Source: an uncultured Veillonellaceae bacterium (GTDB lineage: Bacteria > Bacillota > Negativicutes > JARBTT01). Taken from it: a stretch of 64,000 nt of DNA. The notes beneath the pieces were generated by a model. That model was given only the letters and a program-made list of their open reading frames with translations, was not told the DNA's origin and ran no database searches. Each line of letters opens with the position of its first letter. Within the stretch, counting starts at the first letter, position 1. The DNA lies in assembly GCA_963805085.1 (NCBI GenBank), contig CAWDTA010000005.1, positions 480,001 to 544,000 of the forward strand, given 5' to 3'. Below, piece after piece: positions 63,687 to 64,000 of the stretch. Made by a program: the position numbers and the translations under genes.

Positions 63687-64000
63687 ATGATGAAAAAACA
63701 TAAAATTGATCCAGATCGCTGTATCGCTTGTACCGCTTGCGTTGCTCAATGTCCAGTTACCAAGGCAACGCATCATTTCCGCGGTCCCAAAATGGTTGGT
63801 CCAGCCTTGGAGAGAATGAGACTTTCAGAGGAAGATATTGAGCCGACACTCGACTATTGTTCAAATTGTAAAAACTGTGATATGGCTTGTCCATCAGGTG
63901 TCCCTATTTCAACATTGAATATGTTGGCGCGAGCAAAGTATTATAAAAACCATAAACATTCAATGAGAGATGATATGTTAGCGCATGGAGAAAGAATGGG
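63687..64000 (+). CDS. glpC: Anaerobic glycerol-3-phosphate dehydrogenase subunit C (runs off the window)
   Basis: MMKKHKIDPDRCIACTACVAQCPV...FRGPK..GP...DYCSNCKNCDMACPSGV. Confidence 0.9.
   Translation, partial: MMKKHKIDPDRCIACTACVAQCPVTKATHHFRGPKMVGPALERMRLSEEDIEPTLDYCSNCKNCDMACPSGVPISTLNMLARAKYYKNHKHSMRDDMLAHGERM

Overview
AT-rich 64 kb chromosomal window from an anaerobic, motile, spore-forming Firmicute. It is most consistent with Negativicutes/Sporomusaceae; this is inferred from gene content and protein style, not from a search. It holds about 60 accessory genes in short, unrelated modules: Nramp, rubrerythrin, BrnQ, an AraC-GPH-GH127 arabinofuranoside module, three MCPs, two QueG-like Fe-S proteins, a chromate transporter pair, HD-GYP/XRE, flavodoxins, DeoR-aldolase, CheY-CheX/CheX, a FadR-DcuC-DUF1847-MalY operon, RpiR-GH4, YcgR/YcgQ and MocR. 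It ends in a glycerol locus with tandem glpF-glpK copies and glpABC. I found no rRNA, tRNA, CRISPR array, integrase or transposase. The most unusual structure is intergenic. A ~170 bp promoter-plus-hairpin repeat recurs in 7 full or partial copies at module junctions: one copy carries a 52 bp IS3-like ends-only MITE and one is fused into a truncated ppnP. Several smaller repeat families and five gene remnants (ymaF with in-frame TAG, flavodoxin tail, ppnP, hemerythrin, tauE) give the picture of a repeat-mediated gene-shuffling zone. Other candidates are an uncharacterised DcuC/DUF1847/C-S lyase pathway with a leader terminator, and GlpF paralogs with NCA in place of the first NPA motif.
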